The translations under genes were made by a program, and so were the position numbers. Under the pieces are notes generated by a model that did no database searches, was not told the origin of the DNA, and saw only the letters and a program-made list of their open reading frames with translations. Shown here in pieces: positions 35,648-49,674 of a stretch of DNA of 64,000 nucleotides (position 1 is its first letter; every line of letters starts with the position of its first letter). This stretch comes from Antedon mediterranea (Eukaryota > Animalia > Echinodermata): assembly GCF_964355755.1 (NCBI RefSeq), contig NC_092672.1:14942001-15006000 (forward strand), given 5' to 3'.

Positions 35648-37418
35648 GCCTGTTACAACCGCTAATGTAGAAAACGCCAGCTCAAGTCAAGTCAAGTCAA
35701 GTATCATTTATTATCATTTGTTTTAAGAAAAAAAAAATAGAAATTATGTTTGCTCTGTTGGCAGAGCAAAATATCCAACGGACACAAAACGAATTAAAAA
35801 AAAAAACATTACAAAAAAGTGTCTACATTATGTTTAAGGCTGTAATAGCTAATGTCGAAACAAACGCTAATGTAGAACAATCCACCGCTAATGTAGTAAA
35901 ACCTCTAGCTAATGTAGAAACACCAACAGCTTATGTTATAGTAAATAAAAAATCAACACCAGCTAATGTAGTAACGAAAATTGCCTCCCAGCTTATGTAG
36001 TTACTATCGCCAGCTGATGTAGAAAATATTATATATTTGTCTAAATCATGTGCAAATGCATCTCTTTAATTAGCTACTATCAGTCTATTCACCTCTCGTA
36101 AGCGATCGACTATCAAAAAGGGGACATCTCGTAAGTGACCACCTCTTTTAAGGGACAACAACCTCTCTCTCTCTCCCCGATGAGAGGTGTGGTCGTTAAT
36201 AGAGGTGGTCGTTAAGAAAGGTGCTCGATTATGAGAAGCGGTCCTTTAATAGAGATGGTGGTCGTTCAATAGAGGTGGTCTCTAACGAGGGCGGTTGCTC
36301 ACGATGTATGGTCGCTTACGAGAAGGCCGCGTTTTGAAAGTCGATCGTTTATGAGATAGCTAAATTTGTTTCCCACTACGACGCACCGTAAGAACGTAAA
36401 CTTAACGCAAGCGTGTTGACCAATGACAAGCGACAGTTTATAATCCATAGCTTGTGATTGGTCAACTCACTTACGTTGCGTCGCGTTACGTCCTTGCATT
36501 GCGTCTCAAGAAAAGAGATGCATTTGCAAATGATTTAGACATAGGTACTTTGTAAAATAAAATATTTTCTACATTAGCTGGCGATAGTAACTACATAAGC
36601 TGGGAGGCAATTTTCGTTACTACAGTACATTATCTGTTGACCGTTCTATATTAGCTGGTGTTGATTTTTATTTACTACATTAGCTGGAGGTTTTACTACA
36701 TTAGCGGTGGATTGTTTATTTCTTTATTTCCATTCACAACAAAAAAACATAAACATACATAAATAATCATTACAAAAATGAAAGAATGGAAAGAGGGAAT
36801 CCAGAAGCACAGCTAATAAGTAAAAACCCCCTGTTACAAAACAGTATATATAATATATAAATAGAAATATGAAGAAAGGGCACATGGGCATTCACATTTT
36901 AACATATTTATTTCACATTCATATTTTAACTTATTCATATCTTAACATTCATTTCACATTCGTATCTTAATGTATTCATATCTTAACATTCATTTCACAT
37001 TCGTATCTTAATGTATTCATATCTTAACATTCATTTCACATTCATATCTTAACATTCATTTCACATTCATATCTTAACATTCATTTCACATTCATATCTT
37101 AACGTATTCATTTCACATTCATATTTAAACATGTTCATTTCACATTCATATCTTAAAGTATTCATATCTTAACACCTTCATATTTTTAACGTATTCATAT
37201 CTTAACATATACTTTTTATATTCATATTTTAACACATTCATATCTTAACATATTTAATTAATTAATTAATATTAATTTCTTAAACATATTCATTTCCTAA
37301 AAAATATAGTTTTCTCAGAGAGTAAAATGTAATTGTAAAAAAATACCTGTTTTAATCAAAGTATTGCATTTTCGTTTAAAAGTTATATGCTTGTTCTACA
37401 TTGCGGTTGTAACCAGGC
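35648..37418. mobile_element. Foldback/MITE nest with gctaatgtag subterminal repeats, inner inverted arms and inserted MITEs
   Basis: gcctgttacaaccgctaatgtagaa is mirrored by ttctacattgcggttgtaaccaggc; 35870-36067 is mirrored at 36510-36715; a Harbinger-like MITE remnant sits at 36366-36507. Confidence 0.7.
36890..37260. repeat. Low-complexity minisatellite (ttcatatcttaacattcatttcaca)n
   Basis: Repeated ~11-25-bp units seen directly. Confidence 0.85.
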
Positions 37419-38052
37419 TTATGCAACAAATAATGATCTTACATTGCATTTATAGTTTTAAGTATTGTTTTTGTGGACCAATACAATTTAAGAATCTTCA
37501 GAAATATAAACGATCGAGATACGTTGCCTATCTGTCTATTCAACATGATATATAGTAGGCCTACCCCCTACCCCCTAACATTTTGTCACAGAAATACAAT
37601 AATATTATGCAAACAAAATATGTTTTTTTGCTTAAAATACACCTTTTTTGCTTAAAATAATAATTGTACGATATATTGTGCTGTTCGTTATTTTATTATA
37701 TTATTTATTTATATTTAAAGGCAAAAACAAATTTGTGATTTTTCTTTTCTGCTGAAAATATTTAAATTGTTCGTGTGCATTACCAGAAAGCCTAAAATAA
37801 TGTAATATTTGTGTAACTCTACCCTGGCCGATTCTGTGTAGGCCTAATTATTGAAAAAGGGAAAAATATATATAATACTGACGTCTCAATGGATGAAAAT
37901 GATATCTTTTTTAGGAACTGAAAAAGTACCATATAATAATTTTCCTTCATTGATACATTGTTATGCTAATTAACAAATAAATTTTATATTTTAAATACTT
38001 ACCGTACCTACCCTATTTTTACGCCAACCTAACAATTTAAGGCCTATTTAAT

Positions 38053-39356
38053 CATGGATTAAAGAATAGAAGGATATGCATCGACGTGAGATCAAGGGTT
38101 CCTTGACTCTCGCCGACAGACCGCGGACCGCCCACAATGTTACAGTTTAATTAACCGCATGGTAACAACGAAACGGTCGCGTGCCTAATATATTGTTTAC
38201 TGCACATGTGCAACGACATTTAACCTTGTTGGCTACTACGCTTCTTTCGCGCGTTCTTTGGTGGCATGATGTTTGTAGATGGTCAACTATTGACTATGTT
38301 GGTTTCTGCCGCGATTGATCTACGCTAATGATTTTTTTATGATGATTAAAGTAGCATTTTATGACCTGTAGTAGCCCTACATCTGAGACAATAACTATTA
38401 GTTGTCTCATTTGTTGTAAAATTACAAAATCAGCAAGAATGCTAGCCTAGCTAGGCCCAGGCCTTGTACTAACTAGGCTAAACTGGGCTAGTAAACCCTA
38501 TGATTTGCCGACATTGATACTGCCTAGGTAGGCCTAGGCTAATCTTAAATACTCACCGTTGTCTTACTTCTTGTGTGAATAATAATAATAGGTAGGCCTA
38601 CTTCGTTTGTTCGTGATCAAGTTTGCCCTGCGTGTACTTTTCAAAACGACCGCTAGGTAACGAATCGCAACTATACATAGCCAGCCAATCCCGGATCAGG
38701 GATCGCTGTTTTCATTCAATTAGGCCCGGTGATTGGATGTGATGTGGATGACATAACCACTAGCCAATCACCAGGCACTACAGTTTAAATATAATCACAT
38801 CGATAATTAAGGAGATTTATGAAGAAACCACTGCTTAGCCATATATTAAAAAACACGATTGTTGTATGTCTGAACACCGGCCACGCTAACAACATACATG
38901 GTCAAATGCATAATTTAATATTCTATAGATTAACGCAATTTTTAATGACAGAAGATGGCAGGCAAATAATGATAATTCAAATATAAAAATGGCATATTTT
39001 ATTAATATTACCAACTACCTAAAATTACCAGTCGTAAGAAAGTGAACTTTTCGTAGTCCGATTGTGATGAAACTAAAACAGAATTATTCAGCAATATATG
39101 TTTGTTATCAATTAATCATCGACGCAGACATGTCAATAGAACATTCAGACTGCGCATACGATTTCTACATGGTTACGTTTTGGTCTCAAAAAATGTAACA
39201 GTTGATTCGCAGCGTTTTACAGAGGGCCGCGGTTAGAGACACGGAGTTCAATGAACGTGTTTGTTTGATTGGCAGCAGTGCTTTAGTATAGGCAAGCGCG
39301 TTGTAAAATCGTTTGATGTCACCGTCGATGCATATCCTTCTATTCTTTATTCCATG
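38053..39356. mobile_element. P-element-type non-autonomous transposon, CATG ends, 7-bp TSD ATTTAAT
   Basis: TIR catggattaaagaatagaaggatatgcatcgacg..cgtcgatgcatatccttctattctttattccatg; atttaat at 38046-38052 and 39357-39363. Confidence 0.8.
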
Positions 39357-40343
39357 ATTTAATGTACCGTACGTACAGTGTACAAGGCGGAAATGCAGTC
39401 ATTTTAAAAAGAACAATAATTGTTAGGCCCTAATTTTTAAAATAATAAATGATAATCTTAATAGCCACAAAGAAAATATAACACTGGACTACATTCAAAA
39501 TTAAATCAATTGTGTGTAAATTCGGATTATTATGTTTTTATATGAGATTTGTCGATATGTTCCAGTGTTTAAACGTTTTAAACCATAGAGAGTTAAGTTC
39601 CATGTGTGCGCTTGCAATAGTGATTTGATTGACCGCACCGGGGTGATCGGTGTAGTGTAAATGGGGGAAACTCGAGTTCACAAAAACACGTGTAAGAGGC
39701 CTATAGACGTTTCAGAAAAGATGGTTATTACTTAATATACGTCTGCTTTCCTGGCCATGGACAACGATCGTATGTGTTTTGTCCGTTTTATTGACACACA
39801 TAACACTTGCGTGTTTCTTAAACAGGGTAATCTCCGTCAGAAAAACGTACTGTTAGAGGAAACTGCTGCACGGTCATAGAAGGCGCAGTGCACACCAAAC
39901 ATCATGCAGTACACACCAATCGTCAAATTGCGTACCTTTCGACAAAATCGATTATCACGTGAAGTTTATTAGACGGCTGTAAAACTAAGGCTATTCAAAC
40001 TTTATACTACAGCAACTCTAGTTTGGGTTCCAGGCGGAGCTTTGTGTTAATAGGCCCTATTAGTAAAAAGATAAATATTTTGGCACATGGCGTTTGATAC
40101 GTATACTACTTGAGTACGCAACGCCGATGGTTTATTTCAGTAACTCGCCTTTTAACCATCCGCATAATATGATCATTTTACTAAAAACTAGTTTAAACAA
40201 TATAGACATTAAAAAAAAATCGCGTTATTTGCCTCAACAATAATTATTATACACCTAACAGACATATAGAAATAAAAATAAGGTGATCGAATAATATGTT
40301 GTTAACGACATGGTTATAGGCCTATCTGCCACAGTATCGGTGA

Positions 40344-40698
40344 TAAAAATGAATACGCTGGCTTTACGGGCTATAGGCCTATACATTGTAAACATTATAA
40401 ATGAATACGCTGGCTTTACGGGCTATAGGCCTACATTGTAAACATTATAAATGAATACGCTGGCTTTACGGGCTATAGGCCTACATTGTAAACATTATAA
40501 ATGAATACGCTGGCTTTACGGGCTATAGGCCTACATTGTAAACATTATAAATGAATACGCTGGCTTTACGGGCTATAGGCCTACATTGTAAACATTATAA
40601 ATGAATACGCTGGCTTTACGGGCTATAGGCCTACATTGTAAACATTATAAATGAATACGCTGGCTTTACGGGCTATAGGCCTACATTGTAAACATTAT
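40344..40698. repeat. 50-bp minisatellite, ~7 near-identical copies
   Basis: ataaatgaatacgctggctttacgggctataggcctacattgtaaacatt with period 50. Confidence 0.95.
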
Positions 40699-42816
40699 TG
40701 TTATATTACGGATATTACATAAATTGTTCTCTTGAACGTACGTAAATCTTCTAATTGTAACCCTGTGTTATTATTCTTTGATTGTTTTTTAGGGTGGGTT
40801 ACTATTAAAAGGGGAGGAATGTTGCTATTAGAGTAGTAGATTACTATTACTAATCTTAAATTAGGCACCTGGAAATAGTAATCCACACCAACTTTTCCGG
40901 TCAGCAACTCATAGCAAAATAATAAAACAGTACGACCGTACGATCGAATAAACAAATTAGTTTGAACTCAATAACACTCAATCCTCCCCCACTCCCGAGA
41001 CATTATCTCCTTATTTTCAAAATACGACTGTCATAAACGACCAGTTTTTGTGACTTTAATAGTAACCCCCATGGGTTACTATTAGTTATTATTATAGATT
41101 GACTTAGGCCTATAAGGGGGGTTACTATTATAAGATTTAGGCCTACGGTAATTGTTTGCATAATACAAGATACAGGCGTAATGTTCTCAATATTAATTAC
41201 ACAGTACACATAAGGTTAACATATTATATGCCTAAATAATATTTAAACGTGTTTCGAAATGACATATTTGAAAGAAACATATCCTTCTCCGAGACTTTTA
41301 AGATAAAAATAAACAATTCAATTATTGATAATAAATATTTATTACCCAAATAAAAAATATCCACATAAATTAAATAATCTAGTTCCCAAAAACATAAATT
41401 TAATCCATAAAAAAACGAAGAAAATGTATATCCCGCTCGCATACATGCCGCTGAGTCCATACAAAATAGCACGACTGCAATAAAACGTGACTGATTTCAA
41501 ACGCGACCGACGCTATTCAATTCACATTTATTTACTCATCCTTAATACAGTTTTATAGCATAAATGATGGCAAGGATCCTGCATAGAGAAGTTTACACTT
41601 CTGTTTTCGCAGGACCCTTTTACATAAAAAACATAAAACAATAAACACAACATAGCCTAATAGATGCAAAATAAAAAAACATTTCCTATATACATTTTAG
41701 AGTTGTTCATCAGCAAAATAAGTTAACATGAATATATTCAACACGTCTATGTAATGAGATTTTAATTGCGAAAAAGGCTACTTGACTGAACCCTAAAATG
41801 TTGGACGTGTCCCCAGGGCTTTGACCTCTCGTTAATCTAGTATATTGTGATTTTGTTTGCATATTTTAACCGATTTAGCGTTTAACAATAACATTAACGC
41901 TAATTAAATATTGACATTTGGCAAAATGAAGCATAGTTTTATCATATTTTGAATTTTTTTTTTTAATTTTTAATATAACATATAATAGATAATAATAATT
42001 CCAAGTTGTGTTGCCTACTGATAACTAATAAAAACTATGTTAACTTTAGCCAAATTATGTCAACATTTCATTTAGGGTTCTAAATCGGTTAAAATATATA
42101 AAAAAGGCACATACTCAATTTGGCCCAAATTTTAACAGCACAGATATTTAACGGGAGGTCAAAAAATACCCTAGGGACATTTCCAACACGCCAACAGCAA
42201 CAGGGAATCCACCAATTAGGATTCCGCCAAGTACTTTTTTCGCAATTAAAATTTCGTAGGCGTGTTGAATATGCCTGGTGTTAGCGTGATTTGTTGTCTA
42301 CTGCCCTCATTTTCCTTGTTCTTAATGCAGTATTTTTGTTTGATAAAATGGAAGTTTCTACAACATTAATAGTTTGTTGTTTTACTTTTCTACTATCAAA
42401 CTGTGATAACATACACTTTTCGAAAAATTCATCAAGAAAGGATTGTATATCGCAAAATAAGGTAAACTAACCATTTTCAGTGTAGGCTTAAGTAGATTGA
42501 ATTATGTTGTAATTTAAAGTTCCCACTTTCAACTCTAGTACAGTATTTTAGTTAGAAACCAGGTAGATCCAGGTATGCACACCATGCACGGGAGACCTCT
42601 ACTGTCAAATTTGATAATGAGGGTCTTGGTTTCTGAATAAATGCCTGGTATTATTTCTTGTCTGACAGATTACAAGACCTCCCAATTTCTTGATAAACGA
42701 ACGTGGGAGTTTCTTGATATTTTGTGTTAACTTTATTACTTTGTTTACTTTGATACTGATCAATCATGGAGGTATAAAATTACATCCAATTTAATAGTAA
42801 TACCCCTGAGGCTCTG

Positions 42817-43000
42817 TCTGTCACACCAAAATCAGTCCGGGCCAAAATCGGTCCGACAGACCAGTTTTGGCTGCCAAAATCAGTCCGGGGGACCATTTAT
42901 GGCTGCCAAAACCTGTCCGGCCGGACCAATTTTGGCCGCCAAAACTCGGTCTGGGCAGTACTGTAGGACTGTTTTTGGCCGCCAAATATGGTCTGGTCTT
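42817..43000. repeat. Subterminal-type repeat cluster (ccaaaatcagtcc / ggaccagttttggctgccaaaa), likely a DNA transposon end
   Basis: About 5 imperfect units with internal dyad symmetry. Confidence 0.5.
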
Positions 43001-44651
43001 ACAAATATATGGTGCGCAAAATGAGTCATAATGTATATAGCATTTTAAAAAACCATACCATATTTGTCGTGACACCTCCATGGATCAATGTTTTATTTAG
43101 GTTACTAATCAGAATGGTAAAATTGAAATATAATTTATTATCATCTCAGTTCAATTTCTCCCAATTTTTTATTTAAAAAAAAATATCCTAATTTATGATA
43201 AAACATATTTTGCAAAAAAGTAAAATTGTACATTTAGACAGTTAGGCCGCTATTTACACTTTTGATCAAGGTGTGAAGACTATCAGCCAATCAAATATTC
43301 CATTGGATCATTGTAGGCCTAGTCTACTTGTTGAGCAAAGGCGCTTTAAACATATAATACAGTCAAATCTGAACTTTGACTACTAGGCTTAGGCAATCTA
43401 ACATCAGGACGCTGAGCTCGGCCAGAGAGTTTACTTTTTTTTTCAAAACGATTAGTCTCTGCCCTTAAACGCTTGGCCACTTCCTTCCTCAAAATGTTTA
43501 GTAACAGACACCAGTGGACCAGTACCAAAATGGTACCATTTTCATAATTCGTACACTTATTGATAGCATGCTTTAATCAAAAAACCCTTCCCATTTTCAA
43601 TATAAATTAATGTTATACAATTATGTATAAAAGGCACTTTTTTAGGTAAACATTACAATAAAGTGAGTATTTAAACATCATGATTTTATGTATTTTAATG
43701 TCAACATTGTCAAAATGAAGGTTAACGGTACCTAGCAAAATTTTAATTCACAGGAAAAAGTAAAAGTTTAAAATAACTGTTCTGAAATCTGAAATATTGT
43801 GTCTACTTTGAACAAATCAATTAAAAATGTTAGATGCCTATTTAAACTTCATATTTCGTAAAACAAATCAGACACATCACTAAGTGCGACCTAATGGGGA
43901 TATGATGAATTTGTCGATATTATTCTTAAATATAGCGAAACCATGTAAAGTATCAACAGTAACATTTTATTTGTATTGACAGTGACAAAATATATTGAAA
44001 TTGAACATGATTTTCATGATTTTAAATAGATGGATTCCACATAGTTTTTAGCCCTCTAATAATGTTGCTCTTTTGGCGTTCCATAGAAATGCAAATATTG
44101 TCAAACATAAAAAAACTTCTGTAAAATCTTATTTATTTATTATTTGTTATTTTTGTATTATTCTTCATAAAAGTAATAATTCTAATGTGTGGTATTCAGG
44201 ATAAATTGATTAACACGTTTAGAGTTAAAATACAAGACAGGTGCGAAAGGGAACTATTGGCAATCTAAGTTCTTGGGGCTTAGGTTTCGTGATCTTAGCG
44301 TCCTGTTGTTAGATTGCCTTGGCCTACACAAGCCTTGCTACGGCTACGGCTAGTAGTAGGTCTATTTCGCTATACATGATCACAGCCCACACGCTGAACC
44401 TTGAATTGAGTTTGCTTAGCTAGTAAAACAAAGCCTAATTTTTAATGGTAATTTGTGTAATGGTTCTCATTGAACCCAATAATAAAGTATTGACAGACAA
44501 CTAGACTGTGTACGGTATATTTTTAAAAATTTAAATAAGCCATAGGCTTAATATATATCACTCAAAAGCTGATTGAAACTACATTTGTGATCTGATTGAC
44601 ATGCAATTTAGACTAAAATAATTAGCTTTACAATGGTATCACTATCTAAAA

Positions 44652-45092
44652 GTGTGCGAGTCGGAAAGTGAGACTTGCGAGTCGGAAAGTGAGAGTTGCG
44701 AGTTGGAAAGTGAGAGTTGCGAGTCGGAATGTGTGAATTGCGAGTCAGAAAATGCGAGTCGAAAAAGTGCGAGTTGCCATTTGGAAAGTGCGAGTTGCGA
44801 GTCGGAAAATGCGAGTTACGGGTTGGAAAATGCAAGTTACGGGTCGGAAAATGCGAGTTGCAAGTCGGAAAATGAGAGTTACGGGTCGCAAAGTGTGAGT
44901 TGGAAAGTGCGAGTTGCGAGTCGGAAAACGCGAGTTACGGGTTGGAAAATGCAAGTTACGGGTCGGAAAATGCGAGTTGCAAGTCGGAAAATGAGAGTTA
45001 CGGGTCGCAAAGTGTGAGTTGGAAAATGTGAGTTGCAAGTCGGAAAATCCGAGTTTTGGGTTGGAAAATGCGAGTTGCGGGTTGGAAAATGA
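44652..45092. repeat. 21-bp minisatellite (gtcggaaaatgcgagttgcga)n, ~21 copies
   Basis: Direct periodicity; explains the SHFPTRN-type ORFs. Confidence 0.95.
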
Positions 45093-45239
45093 CACCAGTC
45101 CTACCTATTAGACTACTATTTTATATTTGCTTGATCACTTGTTAGTTCCATGTTGATCACGAATGTAAATATTATGTGTGTATTTGTTATTGCTTGTGTT
45201 TTTCTGCCATTGTACTTTGTATGAATGATTAAATAAATC

Positions 45240-47895
45240 TTTCTTTCTTTCTTTCATTTATTTGGCATCTCAATACATAACATTAAAAATACATCAATAA
45301 TATAAATTATCACCTTAAATATTAAAATACATCAAAAAAGCAAATAAAAATGGCGGGATTAATGAAGTCTGACGATGCACGGGAAAACACATAAAGTCGT
45401 TTAAAGTAAAACAACTTAATTCCAATGTGGTCCCTAAAAAGATAGTAATTATAATTTTAACAAAACAAACATTATGAGACGGGGTTCATAAATATATAAG
45501 CAAAACATCTGATATAATGGCACAATAATAATTTATCTATGTTTAATTTTGAAATATTGTTTCAATTCAGTTTTAAATTTAGATGTGTTGGAAATTTGTT
45601 TAATATAGTCAGGAAGGTTATTCCATTCTCTGATTGCATTAAAATAGAATGTATTGCATTCTATGCCTTGGACTTTAGGTACAACGAAATTGAGTTTACT
45701 ACCACGAGTGAAGTGACCATGTAAGTTATTAACTCTACGAAAGTTTTCATTTAGGTATGAAGCACTTCTGCCCATAAATATCTTATGAACTTGGCTAATT
45801 TGCAAGAACTTTACTCGATATTTTACATTTAACAATCCATAATCGTCTAATTGACCTATATGTCTTCTGGGTTCAACTCCTTTTATGAGTCTAACCATTT
45901 CGTTTTGAGCAATTTGTAGTTTTCTTTGGATAGCTTTACTGGTTCCACAGAACCAAGAAGATGCAGCATAATCAAAATCACATTGGATGAGAGCAGAGCA
46001 TAATAGTTTACGATTCTTACAACTTAGTACCTTACGTTGGCGGTACATAAACTTAAGCCTATTATTTATTTTCTTAATGGTTTTACATGCATATTCAGAA
46101 CACGTTAAATTTTGATCTATTTCAATACCCAGATACTTGACACAATTACTAGTGTTGATATTGTTACCGTTTGTTGAGACATTAAAATTTTTAACATTTT
46201 TAGTTTTTCTCTTAGATTAAGAACCAAATAGTATACATTCAGTTTTATCCAGGTTAATTGTTAATTTATTGTCTACAAGCCAATCACACAAGGAGTCTAG
46301 TGTTGACCCTAGCTTCTTAGAAATAATATCTAGATTTTTGTGTGAATAAACAATTGCACTGTCATCAGCGTATAGAAGGAGTTTACAATCAGGATCAATA
46401 CAATACAAATGTTACCATGTCATTAACAAAACATAAGAACAAAAGGGGTCCAAGGATACTTCCTTGAGGAACCCCGCATGTAACAGTACACGATTGAGAG
46501 CAATGATCATCAACAGTTACTATTTGTTTTCTTATTGAAAAGTAAGATTTGAACCATTCAATAGATCCAATACCCATTAATTTAAGCTTATTACATAAAA
46601 TGTCATGATCCACAGTGTCAAAAGCCTTCTTTAAATCGACCAACACCATACCCAAGAAATTTCCCTTAGAAGTTTGGGTTTTGAGGGAATCAACCAAGTC
46701 TATCAAACATGTGTCAGTAGAGAAGGCAGCTCAAAATCCAGATTGATATTTATACAATACATTGTTTTCAGTAAGGTATTTTTCGATTTGAATAAAAACA
46801 GCCTTCTCTAAAATTGTAGACATTGTACTGAGTATACTTATAGGGCTTATAGGGTTCTACCTTTTTTATAAAGAGGTATGACCTTGGCCTTTTTCATGTC
46901 TTCTGGGACAGTACTGGTACTAATTGATAAATTAATTATGTAGGTAATGGGAACTTTTAGAATTTCACCCCCATCTTTTATGAAGCGGGGAGGTATCTTA
47001 TCAACACCCGTGCCTTTTGACGCATTAAGTTTGTTTAATTCACTATATATAAAGTCTTCGTCCACTGAGTTGAGCATAAAGTTATTGCCACTAACGGTTC
47101 TATATCTATCCTTAAGTTTGGACGACGTACAGTCATACACATTCTTAGGGGATGGAAGTTTACTGACCAAATTGGCTGCAATAGTAGTAAATATTCGTTG
47201 AAGCAAGAAGCAATTTTGGCTGGGTCGAAACATTTAGTACCTTTGGGCAGGTCAATAACCGTTTTAGCACTATCCTTAGATTTATTACTATAGCCTAATA
47301 ATTTTTTAGGGTTATTTTTATTTTCTTCAGCCTTGTTTAACAAATGATTTGATTTAGCTTTATTTATATCACGCTGTATTTTATTTCTTAGTTTGCGAAA
47401 TTGTATTAATAAGTCGGTATTATTCTTGTTTTTATTATACATATTTAATAATTTATCTCTGGTTTCAATGTCTTGTAATATTTCTCTAGTTATCCATGGT
47501 TCCGTTCTTTGTTTCATCCTAATGTTTTTAAGGGGGGCAATGGAATCAATAGCAGCCAAAAGTAATGCATTAAATTTATACAGAGCTTCATTTACATCTC
47601 CGATAGAGGTAACTACTGACCAATCGATATCTATTAGTATGTTTCTAAATTGATCAACTAAATTGATAGTTTAGTGATCTGATATATACATTTTTATGTC
47701 CATTGAACTTAAGTTTAATAGTTTTCCGTGTACAAAATGTCATTAAGTGATCGCTTAGACCTGTTGCAATTGTACCCGATTGGCTTATCTTATTCTCATT
47801 ATTACATAATATATGATCGAGGCATGAAGCAACTGTAGGGCATATCCTAGTTGGTTCAGTTAGTTTATTACTTAAACTAAACATATTTAGAATTT
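45240..47895 (-). mobile_element. CR1/L2-group LINE, ORF2 from end of endonuclease through RT to 3' tail, multiple frameshifts
   Basis: PTR..SCLDHIL..GLSDH, EPWIT, KGTGVDKIP, DLKKAFDTVDHDIL, GVPQGSILGPLLF, LLYADD, WNNLP; simple-repeat tail near 45240. Confidence 0.92.
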
Positions 47896-49674
47896 GAATA
47901 TGAATCAAATCTGAATCTGAATCTAAACAAAATTATGTGGGTTAGTATTGTGGATGTTCGAACAAAATGGTTTTTGCAAATTTCTTGAGCATGTGATATG
48001 ATGACACAATTAATCATTAAATATGATCTGCATTTTTGCTCGTATGTGCGACCAGTGCGACATGATACAACCCACCCAGGTAGGAAAGAAGAACTTGTTT
48101 GTTTAATAACGAACACGGTTAGCATGCATACCTGTACAGCGAGATAGCTGAACGTCAAACTATCAGGTTTTCAATTTTAAAGTACAGTTCGCGTCAGCGA
48201 TATGATATTTTCAAAAATTAAATACAATACTGTATTAATCAGATAATTGTGTGCTAATTATGTTTGAAATTATTTTGAATTAGAATGCAATTCTGCAAGT
48301 AGTAAAAACAAGTATATTTTGAAGGTAACATATAAATAAAAACGTTTTGTCACATGTTTTTGTGTCTTGTTGTGCTTAAGTGTAGCTTAAATTTTTCTTT
48401 CTTTCTCGTTATTTATTTATTTACTAATATTATTTTTTATTTTTTTATTTAGTTATTTATTGAATACTTTTGAAACTTTATTTTTTTCTGGTGGAACTTT
48501 AGCCTTAAAGCCCTCTGGGCTTATTTAAGTTTCTCCAGTATAAAAAGTGCATTATACTTGAACTTTTTTCTTGCTTATGAAGGTTTTTTATATAATAATG
48601 GTATGCAGTATAAACATTAAAAATAAATGAGAAACATGGTGTTCTTTTATTATTTTATAAGCATAAAATAAACATGAAATGTCTTGTATGTGCACAGCCG
48701 AAAAAAAGTGTATTTGGCGTTTTATTGATTTGTGTTATAGACACAGTTATTACTGTAATCATTGTATACTAAATTACATTGAGTTATTAACCTGGCTGTA
48801 GGGTATATCTAAGGTTAACAGACCACCAACAAATCACAGTACACAACACAACACTATCGAGTCATTTCCGGAGTACCGCAATACCAAATGTTCATTTTGT
48901 TTGAAGTGTTTTTCGATCAAAGTTTATTATTAGTTAGTCGAAAAAGATTTGTACAGTATTTAGGAAGGATTTATTTAAATTTATATTATGTAACATTTGT
49001 TATTAAATGTGATGTGATGCTCTAGCCTGTTAAACAGTATGTAAGCATCTATTTTTTCAAACATTTTCTGAGGCTCGGGAGGGGACACACAATCCCACCA
49101 CCGCTCGGTGCTACGCTTTAAACAGATTTGAACAATTACCGTGGAATCTCTCTTACATCTTGTGTTTAATTGCAATGAATGTATCAAACTACAGAGTGAT
49201 ACTGCACTGACTGAAGTCTAGGGTGGTTTCAGGAAGGGTCATACTGTAGGTGTGAAGACCATGTTTTTAGTAATCAAAAGTATAACTACTTTAAAAAAAA
49301 GGAGGAAAAAAAACACCTACATGGCTTTCCTGGACTTCCAAAAGGGATTTGATTCCATTTAGAGAGATAGGCTCCTGAAAGCCATATGGAGGAATGAGAA
49401 GGCATTTGTGGAGAATTATTGATAACATGTACAGTATGCAAATGTCAAAGGGAAAGTAACATTTGGTGATAATGTAACTGATGAATTTTCAATTGAACAA
49501 GGAGTTGGAAAAGGATGTCTGTTATCTCCTATTCTGTTTTATGAAATGATATAGGAGTACATATTAATAATATATGGCACTTAGGAGACCTTTTCTGGGC
49601 AAATGATATTGTGCTATTATCTGAAAATGAGCAACAAAATCAAATGTACTTGTTGCAGATAAGAAAATTACATT

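Noticed and set aside
40344-40698. CRISPR-like array
   Set aside because: The units are contiguous and identical with no unique spacers; eukaryotic context and no cas genes. The same applies to 44652-45092 and 4086-4235.
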